Position numbers and translations under genes: made by a program. A stretch of DNA of 64,000 nt from Nevskia sp. (GTDB lineage Bacteria; Pseudomonadota; Gammaproteobacteria; Nevskiales; Nevskiaceae). Positions within the stretch are counted from its first letter, which is position 1, and the number at the start of each line of letters is the position of its first letter. Positions 10,187-20,400 of the stretch are shown piece after piece. The notes beneath the pieces were generated by a model. The model was not told where the DNA came from, did not search any database, and saw only the letters and a program-made list of their open reading frames with translations. The DNA lies in NCBI GenBank assembly GCA_035651715.1, contig DASRFD010000150.1, positions 128,860 to 192,859 of the forward strand, in the 5' to 3' direction.

Positions 10187-11866
10187 CTAAGGGACGGAGG
10201 CGGTGCCCGCCGCGGCCAGCAGGCTGGCGTCGGTCTGCGTGTTGAGGTCGAGGATCATCTGCACGAAGGCGGCGATCTGCTTCTGCTCCAGCGCGTAGTC
10301 GGTGAACTCGCTGGAGACCTGCGGCAGCGGGCCGTTGAGCAGGTAGACCGGGCCGCTGATGGCCTGGATCTTGGGCAGGCCGGCGCTGCTGCCCCAGGCT
10401 CCGCCCTCGCCGAAGGGCAGCGGGATGGTGACGATGCTGCGGTCGAACTGGCGGGCGAACTTGATGCTCTCATCCTGCTGCACCGAGCCCACCGGGCCGT
10501 ACAGCACCAGCGGCTCCGGCAGTCCGTCCAGCCCCATGGTCCCCGGCGAAAGCTCCAGCCACTCGCGCGCGCCGAGGTGCTCGATCTCGATCGCGGTGAG
10601 GGTGTTGGCCTTGAGCTCGGCCAGGTGCCTGGCGATGTAGGCGTTGATGCCGGGACTGCCGGCGAAGTGGCCGCCGGTGAAGACCACGCGCAGGCCGCGC
10701 CGCCGCTGCGAGGCGGGGGCGTGGACGAAGTAGTCGGCGATGGAGAGGATCGCGGCCGGTCCGTTGTCCTCGATGGAGTTGGGGCCGTCGCTGTGCGAGC
10801 TGACCAGGATCTCCTGCGGGCAGGCGCCGGGGATCAGGCCGGAGACATTGTAGGAGGTGGCCTGCGCCTGGCTGGCGTCGAGCGTCAGCTTGAGCACCAC
10901 CGGCGTGGTGCCGGCGGCGGCGATCTGCCGCTTCAGCGCGTTGCCGGTGTCGCGGTCCAGGTAGAGGCCGGGCGCGCTGGGGATGGCCAGGCCGCCGAAA
11001 GGCACGTAGGAGTTGTCGGCCGCGCTCGGCGGATAGTCGAGCACGGCGATGATGCCGGCCGCGCCGGCCTGCTGCAGCGCCAGATCGATGGCGCCGATGG
11101 TGATCAGCTCGTCGAGAAAGGGCCGGGCATAGGGCGTGGCCGGGCCGAGGGTGCCGCTGGAGTTGTTGTAATAAGCGGAGATGGCCTCGAACACGCCGAC
11201 CGGCACCTGCAGCTTGGGCGCGTCGTACAGCACGATCTTGCCGGCGACGTCGGCCGCCGCCACCGCCTGGGTCAGCGAGACGGCGCCGCCGGTGACGTCG
11301 TCCAGGGTCTTTTGCACCGCCGCCAGCACGCCGCCGAGGTTCTGCTGGTCGAGCGCCGCGTAGAGGGCGCCGACCAGGTTCACCGCCGACAGCCCGGAGA
11401 AATAGGTCACCGGCGCGGTCAATCCTCCCGGCCCGGTGCTGCCGGAGGACGGGATGAAGTAGGCGACGTGCAGCGGACCGGGCGCTGGCCCCTGCACCAC
11501 CGCCAGGCTGGTGGTCCTGGCCGACCAGGCGTTGAAAGCGTAGGGCTCCACCGCCACGCCGGTGGCGCCGAGCCCGCGCAGCTGGTCGGCGAGGTGGCGG
11601 ATATAGCCGATCTCGGCATCGTTGGCGGCGATGCGGAAGCCGCCGCCGAACTGGTCGGCGGCCTGCTGCCGCGCCCGCACCTGGTCCACGCCGGGCACGC
11701 GGTCGACGAGCAGCCTGTTGTCAGCGGCGACGTCGGTGGTGCAGGCGCCGAGGTCGGCGCCGCCGCCGGCCAGTTCCGGTGCCGAGCTGCTGCCGCAGGC
11801 GCTCAGCAGCGCGGCGCACAGCGCCGGGGCCAGGCGCCGCGCGGCGCGCTCGCTGTTCACAGCCAT
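10187..11866 (-). CDS. Lipoprotein, putative M28-family metallopeptidase with PA domain
   Basis: Internal ATG with SD GGAGGAGAC. Lipobox LLSAC. PA-domain-like segment KIVLYDAPKLQVPVGVF. M28-like motifs SHSDGPNSIEDNGPAA and FTGGHFAGSPG. Confidence 0.6.
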   Translation of the reverse strand: MAVNSERAARRLAPALCAALLSACGSSSAPELAGGGADLGACTTDVAADNRLLVDRVPGVDQVRARQQAADQFGGGFRIAANDAEIGYIRHLADQLRGLGATGVAVEPYAFNAWSARTTSLAVVQGPAPGPLHVAYFIPSSGSTGPGGLTAPVTYFSGLSAVNLVGALYAALDQQNLGGVLAAVQKTLDDVTGGAVSLTQAVAAADVAGKIVLYDAPKLQVPVGVFEAISAYYNNSSGTLGPATPYARPFLDELITIGAIDLALQQAGAAGIIAVLDYPPSAADNSYVPFGGLAIPSAPGLYLDRDTGNALKRQIAAAGTTPVVLKLTLDASQAQATSYNVSGLIPGACPQEILVSSHSDGPNSIEDNGPAAILSIADYFVHAPASQRRRGLRVVFTGGHFAGSPGINAYIARHLAELKANTLTAIEIEHLGAREWLELSPGTMGLDGLPEPLVLYGPVGSVQQDESIKFARQFDRSIVTIPLPFGEGGAWGSSAGLPKIQAISGPVYLLNGPLPQVSSEFTDYALEQKQIAAFVQMILDLNTQTDASLLAAAGTASVP

Positions 11867-12133
11867 GTCTCCTCCGCTCCGGCCGCTGTTGTCATGGACG
11901 CGCCTGCCGGCACGGCGAATCACCGCTGCGGGCGTCGTCGGGATTAATGTAACCGCTGCATGGGCGGCCGGCTTTTTAGGCCCCCAGTGTCGGCCCTGCC
12001 GGGGCGCACCACAAGCACCTTCCCGGGGTTTCCGACCCTGCCCGGGGTGGTCCACTACTGGCGCGCGATCAGGCCGGGCGCGCCGCCGACGTCCTCGTCT
12101 TGCCGGTCACGGCCGGCAACCCGGGCCTGCGGC

Positions 12134-12424
12134 CTAAACGCAAACCGGGTCGAAGTATTCGACCTCGACCCGGTCCTGCAATTCGCGCATGCGCTCGATG
12201 TACTGCGCCACCGCCGGCGAGTGCTGGTGCTGCGACAGCGCCGCGGGATCCGCGTACTGTTCGTGGATGACGTAAGAACCGGGGTGCAGGCGCGAGCGCA
12301 GCAGCGAGTAGATCAGGCATCCCGGCTCGTGCCGGCGCAATTCCTCGCGCAGGCCGCCGAAGAGCTGCTCGAACCGCTGCTCCTCGCCGGGCCTGACCCT
12401 GACGATCCTGAGGTTTCCGACCAT
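12134..12424 (-). CDS. Antibiotic-biosynthesis-monooxygenase (ABM) family protein
   Basis: Internal ATG with SD GGAGGAGG. MVGNLRIVRVRPGEEQRFEQLFGGLREELRRHEPGCLIYSLLRS... ferredoxin-like ABM fold pattern. 96 aa. Confidence 0.7.
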   Translation of the reverse strand: MVGNLRIVRVRPGEEQRFEQLFGGLREELRRHEPGCLIYSLLRSRLHPGSYVIHEQYADPAALSQHQHSPAVAQYIERMRELQDRVEVEYFDPVCV

Positions 12425-12571
12425 GGCTGGCCTCCTCCGCTGGCGGATGGATTCGGCGCCGGCGCGGGCTGCGGCGCCGGCCGTGCGGAATGTGCGGCGC
12501 AGCCGCCAGCGTTCCGGCCGCAATTCCACTGGCGCCGTCCAGCATAGCGCCGCGGCGCGGCGCCGGCGCGC

Positions 12572-12745
12572 TCAGCCGGCCTGGTGCAGCTTGGCCTCCT
12601 GGTGGCGGATGTCGGCCTCGACCGCGGCGACCAGTTCCGGGCTGGGCGCGACCTCGCCGTCCTCGCCGAGGAAGCGCAGGCGCCAGCGCTCGCCGTCGCG
12701 GCGGTAGATCAGCATGCGGCCCTGCCAGGCGATCACGCCTTCCAT
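12572..12745 (-). CDS. Hypothetical small protein (57 aa)
   Basis: Internal ATG with AGGAC SD. MEGVIAWQGRMLIYRRDGERWRLRFLGEDGEVAPSPELVAAVEADIRHQEAKLHQAG. Very high GC3, consistent with coding. Confidence 0.4.
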   Translation of the reverse strand: MEGVIAWQGRMLIYRRDGERWRLRFLGEDGEVAPSPELVAAVEADIRHQEAKLHQAG

Positions 12746-12933
12746 GAAGTGTCCTGTGTCGGCTGCTGTGGCGCTCCATTTTAATCCCGCCCCGGCTTGC
12801 GGCTGCGATCCGCCGTCGCGGCGGAACCGCGGCGGCGCCCGATCTGTCATTTCAGTGGCGGGCGGCGCCCCCCGGTTCCGGGGGAAGCCTCCGGTATCAT
12901 CCCCACGCGACCGCAACGGCACCCCACCCGCCC

Positions 12934-14397
12934 ATGAGCAGCCCAGCCAGTCCCCCCGCCACCACCGGCGGCGCCGGCAACCCCGCGCGCCTGATCCCGC
13001 TGATCGTGGCCTCCGCGCTGTTCATGGAAAACCTGGACTCGACCATCATCGCCACGGCCCTGCCGGCGATCGCGCGCTCGCTGCACGAGGATCCGCTGCA
13101 CCTGAGCCTGGCGATCTCCTCCTACCTCCTGAGCCTGAGCGTGTTCATCCCGGTGAGCGGCTGGATGGCGGACCGCTACGGCGCGCGGCGGGTGTTCCGC
13201 AACGCCATCATCGTCTTCGTGCTGGGCTCGGTGGCGTGCGCCGCGGCGCAGAACATCGGCGAGCTGCTGCTGGCGCGGGCGGCGCAGGGCATCGGCGGCG
13301 CGATGATGGTGCCGGTGGGGCGGCTGGTGCTGCTGCGCCAGGTGCCGAAGAGCGAGTTGGTCTCGGCCATGTCCTACCTGACGGTGCCGGCGCTGATGGC
13401 GCCGATCTTCGGCCCGCCGCTGGGCGGCCTGATCGTGACCTTCGAGTCCTGGCGCTGGATCTTCCTGATCAACGTGCCGATCGGCGCGCTCGGCTACGCG
13501 CTGGTGACGCGCTACATCCGCGACAGCGCCGGCACCCTGCCGCAGGGCTTCGACCTGGCCGGCTGGATGCTGGTCGGCGGCGGCCTGGCCGGCCTGGTGC
13601 TGGGCTTCGAGAACCTGGGCAAGCGCGTGCTGCCGGCGGAGATCCCGCCGTTCCTCGTCGTGCTGGGCGCGGCGCTGCTGGCGCTGTACGCGCGCCATGC
13701 CCGCAGCGATGCCTCGCCGATCCTGCGGCTGTCGCTGCTGCGCATCGCGACCTTCCGCGCCTCGGTCACCGGCGGTACCCTGTTCCGCATCGGCGTCGGC
13801 AGCTTCTCGCTGCTGATGCCGATGATGCTGCAGCTGGGCTTCGGCCTGAGCCCGCTGAACTCGGGCCTGGTGACCTTCTCCAGCGCGGTGGGGGCGCTGC
13901 TGATGAAGACCATGGCGCAGAAGCTGACGCGGCGCTACGGCTTCCGCCGCCTGCTGGTGTGGAACACGCTGATCTCCAGCGCGGCCCTGGCCGGCTGCGG
14001 GTGGTTCAGCGCGGCGACACCGCACCTGTTCATCATCGCCTTCCTGCTGGTCAGCGGCTTCTTCCGCTCGCTGGAGTTCACCTGCGTCAATACGCTGGCC
14101 TTCGCCGACGTGGAGGAGCGCGACATGAGCCAGGCGACGAGCTTTTCCAGCACGGCGCAGCAGCTGGCGCTGAGCATGGGCATCGGCATCGGCTCGCAGG
14201 TGCTGAACCTCAGCCTGGCGGCGCGCCACGCCGCCGAGCTGCTGCCGCGCGACTTCACCGCGGCGTTCTGCGCCGTGGGCCTGGTGTCGCTGTCGGCCCT
14301 GCTCAGCTTCCTGCGGCTGGCGCCGGACGCCGGCAGCAACGTCTCCGGGCACCGCATCGCGGTGGCGGACATGCCGACCCGCATCACGCACCAGTAG
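12934..14397 (+). CDS. MFS transporter, DHA2 (14-TMS drug:H+ antiporter) family
   Basis: 487 aa. Multiple TM segments and MFS motifs (GWMADRYGARR, LARAAQGIGGAMMVP). Confidence 0.85.
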   Translation: MSSPASPPATTGGAGNPARLIPLIVASALFMENLDSTIIATALPAIARSLHEDPLHLSLAISSYLLSLSVFIPVSGWMADRYGARRVFRNAIIVFVLGSVACAAAQNIGELLLARAAQGIGGAMMVPVGRLVLLRQVPKSELVSAMSYLTVPALMAPIFGPPLGGLIVTFESWRWIFLINVPIGALGYALVTRYIRDSAGTLPQGFDLAGWMLVGGGLAGLVLGFENLGKRVLPAEIPPFLVVLGAALLALYARHARSDASPILRLSLLRIATFRASVTGGTLFRIGVGSFSLLMPMMLQLGFGLSPLNSGLVTFSSAVGALLMKTMAQKLTRRYGFRRLLVWNTLISSAALAGCGWFSAATPHLFIIAFLLVSGFFRSLEFTCVNTLAFADVEERDMSQATSFSSTAQQLALSMGIGIGSQVLNLSLAARHAAELLPRDFTAAFCAVGLVSLSALLSFLRLAPDAGSNVSGHRIAVADMPTRITHQ

Positions 14398-14485
14398 CGG
14401 CGTGGCTCATCCCCTGCGGTGAACTCGGGCCGCGCCGGCCGGTCCACTACAACAGTTCAACCAGCAGCAGCAGCGCCAGCCGACC

Positions 14486-15160
14486 ATGCCATCCTCGCCG
14501 CGCCCGATCGAGCCCGCCAGAGTGGTCAGCATCCCCGCCGGACCGGCGGTGCTGCGGGGCGAGCTGACGCGGCTTCCGGCGAGCGACCGCTTCATCGTCT
14601 TCGCCCAGGGCTCGGCCGCCAGCCGCCACAGCCCACGCAACCAGGCGGTGGCGCGCGAACTGCACGACACCGGGTTCGGCACCCTGCTGTGCGACCTGCT
14701 GAGCGACGAGGAGGAAGCGGCCGACGGCCGCACCAGCGCGCTGCGCTTCGACGTCGGCCTGCTGTCCGCAAGGCTGCTGTCGGCCACCCGCTGGCTGCGC
14801 GCGCAGTTCGGGCAGCTGCGCCTGGGCTATTTCGGCGTCAACTCCGGGGCGGCCGCCGCCCTCGCCGCGGCCGCCGAGGACGAGCATGCGGTGGCCGCTA
14901 TCGTGTCGCGCGGCGGCCGGCCGGACCTGGCCGGCGAGGCCCTGCCGCACGTGCGCGCGCCGACCCTGCTGCTGGTCGGCAGCCACGACGGAGCCCTGCT
15001 CGACCTCAATCGCTATGCCCTGGAGCAGCTGCGGTGCGAGAAAAGCCTGCACCTGATGCGAGGCGCCACCTACCGCCTGGAAGAACCCGCGGTGCTCGCC
15101 GAAATCGCCCGCCAGGCGATCGCCTGGTTCCGCCGCTTCATGCCGCGGCAGCCCTCCTGA
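14486..15160 (+). CDS. Dienelactone hydrolase family (alpha/beta hydrolase)
   Basis: 224 aa. DLH-like pattern LGYFGVNSGAAAAL (nucleophile elbow) and LLLVGSHD. Confidence 0.75.
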   Translation: MPSSPRPIEPARVVSIPAGPAVLRGELTRLPASDRFIVFAQGSAASRHSPRNQAVARELHDTGFGTLLCDLLSDEEEAADGRTSALRFDVGLLSARLLSATRWLRAQFGQLRLGYFGVNSGAAAALAAAAEDEHAVAAIVSRGGRPDLAGEALPHVRAPTLLLVGSHDGALLDLNRYALEQLRCEKSLHLMRGATYRLEEPAVLAEIARQAIAWFRRFMPRQPS

Positions 15161-15234
15161 GCCACGCCGAGGGCAGCGGCCCGGCGTAGCCAGTGCGCGG
15201 CGCGGATGAGATCAAGCGCACCCGCGCTCCGGCA

Positions 15235-16164
15235 TCAGCTAGACGGCGCCGAGCTCACCAGATTCCTTCCCCGGCGCTTGGCCTCGTACATCGTTGCGTC
15301 CAGCCGCCGCATGAATGAAGCCGCCGTGTCCGTGGAGTGGAACTGGGCGACACCGAAGCTCGCCGTGACTGGCTGGCCCATTCCCGGGAAGGAACTTTGC
15401 ATCAAGGCCACGCGGACGAGCTCGGCCTTCGCCTCCGCGAGGTCGAGCCGCGACTGCGGCAGCAGAATCACAAACTCCTCACCCCCGATCCGGCAAACGC
15501 AGTCGGTCGGCCGTGTCTGGGAACGCAGAAGCGCACCGAATGCCGCGAGCACCGCGTCTCCCGCCATGTGGCCATGGCGATCGTTGATCTCCTTGAAGTG
15601 ATCCAGGTCGCACATGATGGCGCTCAGCTCGCCGCCCGTCCTTTTGACCCTGCTGATCTCCGCGGCCAACGCCTGGTCGAAGCGGCGGCGGTTGCCGGTG
15701 CCCGTGAGAGGATCGGTCAGGGACGACTCCACGATCAGGGCCTCGCGCTGGCGGAGCGCGATGTTCGCTCGCGCCAGTTCCTGCTGCGCCTGGTGGAGCT
15801 CCTCGTTCAGCTGCAGCACCATGCCGTTGAGGCGCTCCAGTTCATCGATGCCGTACTCGGCCAGCAGGCGGATGCCATCGGGAGCTTTCCACACGTGCCC
15901 GTGCAGGGTGCGCAGCGGTCCAGCGTACGTTCCGATGGTCAGCAAGCCGCGATAGCCATCGCCGACCCGGTGCACCGTTTGCAGCAGACTCGCAAAAGAG
16001 GGCTGCACGAATATGGTGGCCACACGCTGCCCCGCCGCTGCGGCGGGCGTGCCCGGCAAGAGCCTCAGGAAGCCTGCATTGGCTTTCTCCAGCGTGCCAT
16101 CCTGGCTGATGACGGCGGCGACCACCGTCTGCAGGCGGTCCAGTTCGACGGCGAAGGAGTTCAC
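15235..16164 (-). CDS. Diguanylate cyclase (GGDEF domain, GGEEF active site) with N-terminal PAS-like sensor region
   Basis: RIGGEEFVILLP and DPLTGTGNRRRFD motifs. Candidate GTG start at 16164 overlaps the upstream gene's TGA (GTGA). The track ORF extends to a TTG at 16227. Confidence 0.8.
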   Translation of the reverse strand: MNSFAVELDRLQTVVAAVISQDGTLEKANAGFLRLLPGTPAAAAGQRVATIFVQPSFASLLQTVHRVGDGYRGLLTIGTYAGPLRTLHGHVWKAPDGIRLLAEYGIDELERLNGMVLQLNEELHQAQQELARANIALRQREALIVESSLTDPLTGTGNRRRFDQALAAEISRVKRTGGELSAIMCDLDHFKEINDRHGHMAGDAVLAAFGALLRSQTRPTDCVCRIGGEEFVILLPQSRLDLAEAKAELVRVALMQSSFPGMGQPVTASFGVAQFHSTDTAASFMRRLDATMYEAKRRGRNLVSSAPSS

Positions 16165-17228
16165 GCGGCCGCGGGCCTGCCGAGGAGGCTTTCGGCTACC
16201 TCGACCGCGTGCGCCGCGTCGGTACAAAAGCCGTCGGCCACGGACGCGGACACCAATCTTTCCAGTTGCCTGACGGCCAGGCCGCCGACGATCACCCGCG
16301 GACGGGGGCCTGCGCTCAACCGCTTCATGAGATCGCGCACATGCACCAGTTGCTGCGGAAAGCTGAGCGACAGGCCGAGCAAGTCCGGGCTATGCCGGGC
16401 GACCTGGGCCAGTATCGCCGGTGTCGGAACGTTGGGACCGAGGTTCTGCACTGTCCAGCCCGCCAGCTGAAGACTGTCCGCCACCATCTGCAGACCGATC
16501 GCATGGTGGTTGCCATCGACGCAGGCGAGCAAGGCCCGGTGTCCGTTCGATGCCGGCAGGCGCACCTTCAGCAGCGCTTCGCTCATCATCGATTGAACAA
16601 TGGCGCTGGCAAGATGTTCCTGCGCCACCGACACCTGATTGCGCTGCCATCGCAGGCCGATGCGGTACAAGGCCGGCTGGATGAGGCGCTGTTCGGCTTC
16701 GACCAGGCTCGAACGGGCCACGCATTCGGTCAGCAGCTTCCTCGCCGCCGTGCGATCTCCCGCCAGGATGGCGTCCTCAAACTGCGAGGACTCGGGCCAG
16801 GCATCGGCCGCCACGGCCCAGGCGGGAACCTCGGAGGTTTCGGTCTGCTCGGCGCGGGCCAAAGCCTTGCGCAACGCCGCCAGGACCGCGGCGGCATCCG
16901 CCTGCGGCAGGCGAGCGGAGAAAAACGGGGCCAGCTGTTCCATCGCCGAGCGAAGCTGCGCCGGTTGGACGCCGCGGGCCTGATGCACCCCCGCCAGCCA
17001 TTTCAATCCGTCAACGAGCGGCTGGAGGGCGCCGAACTGCAGCACCGCGCGCAGCAATTCGAGCATCAGCGCGAAATCGCTGCTGCAAGCAGCCGGTCCG
17101 GATTCACCCGGATAAGCTTCGGCGCCGGTCGCGTAGAAGGCATCGGCCGCAGTCCTGGCGGCTTCCATCTCCAGCTCCAGCAGCCGGTCGATGGATTCCG
17201 GGTCCAGAACCGGAGTGTCGATGTTCAT
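16161..17228 (-). CDS. Stand-alone cobalamin(B12)-binding domain protein (B12-binding_2 helical bundle + Rossmann B12 domain; AerR/PpaA-like, no DNA-binding domain)
   Basis: Internal ATG MNIDTPVLDPESIDRLLELEM... B12 motifs VDGNHHAIG (NxHxxG variant with His ligand), LGLSLSF (SxL) and VIVGG (GG). Confidence 0.75.
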   Translation of the reverse strand: MNIDTPVLDPESIDRLLELEMEAARTAADAFYATGAEAYPGESGPAACSSDFALMLELLRAVLQFGALQPLVDGLKWLAGVHQARGVQPAQLRSAMEQLAPFFSARLPQADAAAVLAALRKALARAEQTETSEVPAWAVAADAWPESSQFEDAILAGDRTAARKLLTECVARSSLVEAEQRLIQPALYRIGLRWQRNQVSVAQEHLASAIVQSMMSEALLKVRLPASNGHRALLACVDGNHHAIGLQMVADSLQLAGWTVQNLGPNVPTPAILAQVARHSPDLLGLSLSFPQQLVHVRDLMKRLSAGPRPRVIVGGLAVRQLERLVSASVADGFCTDAAHAVEVAESLLGRPAAA

Positions 17229-17350
17229 GTGTGGGCCAAGTGCTCTTTCCGGCCACGCTAGCAAGGGAGCCGCTGAGGGACCAATGATGCAGATCAAGCG
17301 GCAAGGGCCGGCGTCCGGGAATTTCGCGGCGCCGGGAGTGTCCAAGCTTG

Positions 17351-17370
17351 GCAATATCCAATAATATCCA
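17351..17370 (+). promoter_or_regulatory. Direct repeat AATATCCA-N2-AATATCCA in divergent promoter region
   Basis: gcAATATCCAatAATATCCAga lies between the B12-binding gene start (17228, minus) and the CheB/CheR-HK start (17429, plus). Candidate operator. Confidence 0.25.
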
Positions 17371-17428
17371 GACCTTACGCACTCCAATCCCCGGCCCGTC
17401 ATTATCCAGGGCGAGAAAGCGATGGCTA

Positions 17429-20400
17429 ATGGCTGACCAGGATAACGAAGAAAGCAAGCCCATCGACTGCCTGAATATCGCAGTCCTCGGCGCCTCCGCC
17501 GGCGGCGTGGAAGCGCTCTCGACGGTGGTTGCGCACCTGCCGGACGAGCCGGCGTTCGCGGCCGTGGTGCTGATGCACCTGGCAGCGGACCAGGAAAGCC
17601 AGCTGCCGGAGATTCTCGCCAAGCAGGCGCGCTGGCCGGTGGAGCCGATTGCCGGCGGGACCCCGCTGCAGCACGGGCGCATCTACGTATTGACCCCGGG
17701 CACGGTGGCCAGCGTGCGTGATCGGCGGCTGCTGACCATGCCCAGGGCCGAGGGCCTGAGCCGGCCGATCGACGAGTTCATGACCGCCGCGGCGGACGAG
17801 GAGGAGGTGCGCGCCGCGGCGGTGGTGCTCTCCGGCATGGGGAGCGACGGCGTCGCCGGCGCGCGCGAGATCAAGGCGGGCGGCGGACGGGTCATCGCGC
17901 AGGAGCCGCGCAGCGCCCTGCATGGCGGTATGCCCGAGGCGGTGATCGCCGAGCAGCTGGCTGACGAGGTGCTGGCGCCCGAGGCCGTCGGTCCCGCTCT
18001 GCTGCGCTATTTCCAGTCGCGCAGCGAGCGCTCGGAAGTGAATGACGCGCATGTCGAGGAGGCCCTGGCGCAGATCAAGCGCGGCCTCGGGGTCAACCTG
18101 GGCTACTACAAGGCGGTGAACGTGCGCCGGCGCCTGGCGCGCCGCGCCTTCCTGCAGGCCGGAGGCGACCTCGGCGCCTACATGCAGCGGCTGGAGGACG
18201 ACCGCGAGGAGCTGAAGGCGCTGCGCGACGACCTGCTCATCGGCGTGACCGGCTTCTTCCGCGACCCGGAGTTTGTCGGCGCGCTGGAACAGCATGTCCT
18301 TCCGGAGCTGCTGCAGGGCAGCCAGGAGATCCGCATCTGGGTGCCGGCCTGCTCCACCGGCGAGGAGGCGTATTCGATTGCGCTGCTGCTGCATCACACG
18401 CTGGAGAGCGCCGGACTGCATCGAAAGATGCAGGTGTTCGGCAGCGACATCAATGACGAGGCGATCCGCAAGGCCCGCATCGGACGCTATGACGCGGCGG
18501 CCGTGGCATCGATCCCGCCGATGCTGCGCGAGCGCTACCTGGTGGCGGAGGAAGGTGCCTGGCGCATCGCCAAGCCGGTGCGCGAGACCTGCGTTTTCGC
18601 GACGCATAACCTGTTCGTCAACGCGCCGTTCTCCAACGTCGACCTGGTTTCGGCGCGCAACCTGCTCATCTATGTGCGCAAGGCGGCCAAGCGCCATGCC
18701 TTCGAGGTGTTTTCCTACGCCCTGCGGCGCAACGGCAAGCTGCTGCTGGCGCCTTCGGAGGCGGCCGACCCGGAGCTTTTCGAAGACTACCAGCCGCAGC
18801 TGAGCCTGTACCGGCGGCGCCAGGTCACGCGGCCGCCCCTGCGCGGCTTCATTTTTGGCGAATCGGCTCCGACGGCAGTGACCGAGCGCCCGGAGGTGGC
18901 GGGGCCCTCGCTGGAAAGCGTCGTCGACCGGCTGGCCCTGGCGCGCTTCGAGCCCCCGGGCTTCGTCGTCGACACGCACGGCAGCGTGGTGCAGTTCCGC
19001 GGCGACACGGCGCACCTGCTCCAGCCCACCCGTGGAGACGCGGCGCTGTCGCTGGCCAAGCTGATCCATCCCGACCTGCAGGTGGATGTCCGCGCCGCCC
19101 TGATGGAGGCGGTGCACAGCAAGCTGACGGTGCGGCGCGAGCGGCTGCGTTTCGGCGACCGCCTGTGCACGCTTGAAGTGGTGCCGGTGCCGTCCGGCGG
19201 CGCGGAACGCTATTTCCTGGTCTCGGTCGACGACCGCGGCAGCACGCCGCCGCTGCCGGCGCCCGGTTCGCCCGACGGCCGCGCCGAGGACCTGGAGCGC
19301 TACGTGCGCGTGCTGGGAGACGAGCTGGAGCAGACCCGCGCCCAGCTCAAGCAGGTGGTGGTGGACTACGACGCCACCGGCGAGGAGCTGCGCACCGCCA
19401 ACGAGGAAGTGCTGTCGGCCAACGAGGAACTGCAAAGCTCCAACGAGGAGCTGCAAGAGGCCAAGCGGAGCCTGGAGGGGGCCAACGCCGACCTCGGCAC
19501 GTTGAACCAGCGCCTGCAGGAACGCAACGAGCAGCTCAGCGCGCTGAACGACGATTTGGGCAACCTGATCCGCGGCATCCCGGTACCGGTGCTGATGCTG
19601 GACCGCGACCGCTGCGTGCGCTACTTCACGCCGGCGGCGGCGGAGCTGCTGGGCCTGCACGAGTCCGACCTCGGGCGGCCGCTGCGCATCGACCCGGTGT
19701 TTGCGGACGGCGCGCTGGATGCGCCGCTGGACGAAGCGCTCGGGGAGCTGCGCCCGGTGCAGCGCGAAATCCAGGACGCCAACGGCCGCTGGTACGCGTT
19801 GCACGTGCGCGCCTACCAGACCAGCGAGAACCGCGTCGAGGGCGCGGTCTGCGCGCTGCAGGACATCCACGGCCTGAAGGTGTCGCTGGAAGCGGCCAAC
19901 AGCGCACGGGCCGAGGCCGAGCGGGCCAACGCGGCGAAGAACGATTTCCTCGCCCTGGTCAGCCACGAGCTGCGCTCGCCGCTGAACGTGATCGCCAACT
20001 GGGTGCAGCTGCTGCTGATCCTGAAGAAGGACCAGGGCGCGGACGAACGCGAGCGCAGGGGCCTGGACACCATCCACCGCCAATGCCAAAACCTGGCGCG
20101 GCTGATCGACGAACTGCTCGACATCTCGCGCATCACCAGCGGCCGCCTGGTGCTGGACCTGCGGCCGGTGGACCTGGCGGCGGTGGTGCGCGCCACGGTG
20201 GAGGCGCTGGAGCCGGGCGCCGACAGCAGGAAGGTGCGCCTGACCACGGCCGGGCTCAGCGACGAGTTGCGCATGGCCGGCGACACGCGCCGGCTGCAGC
20301 AGATCGTCGGCAACATCCTCGGGAATGCGCTGAAGTTCACGCCGGAAGGCGGCAAGGTGGAGGTGTCGCTGGCGCGCATCGGCACCGTGGCGGAACTGGC

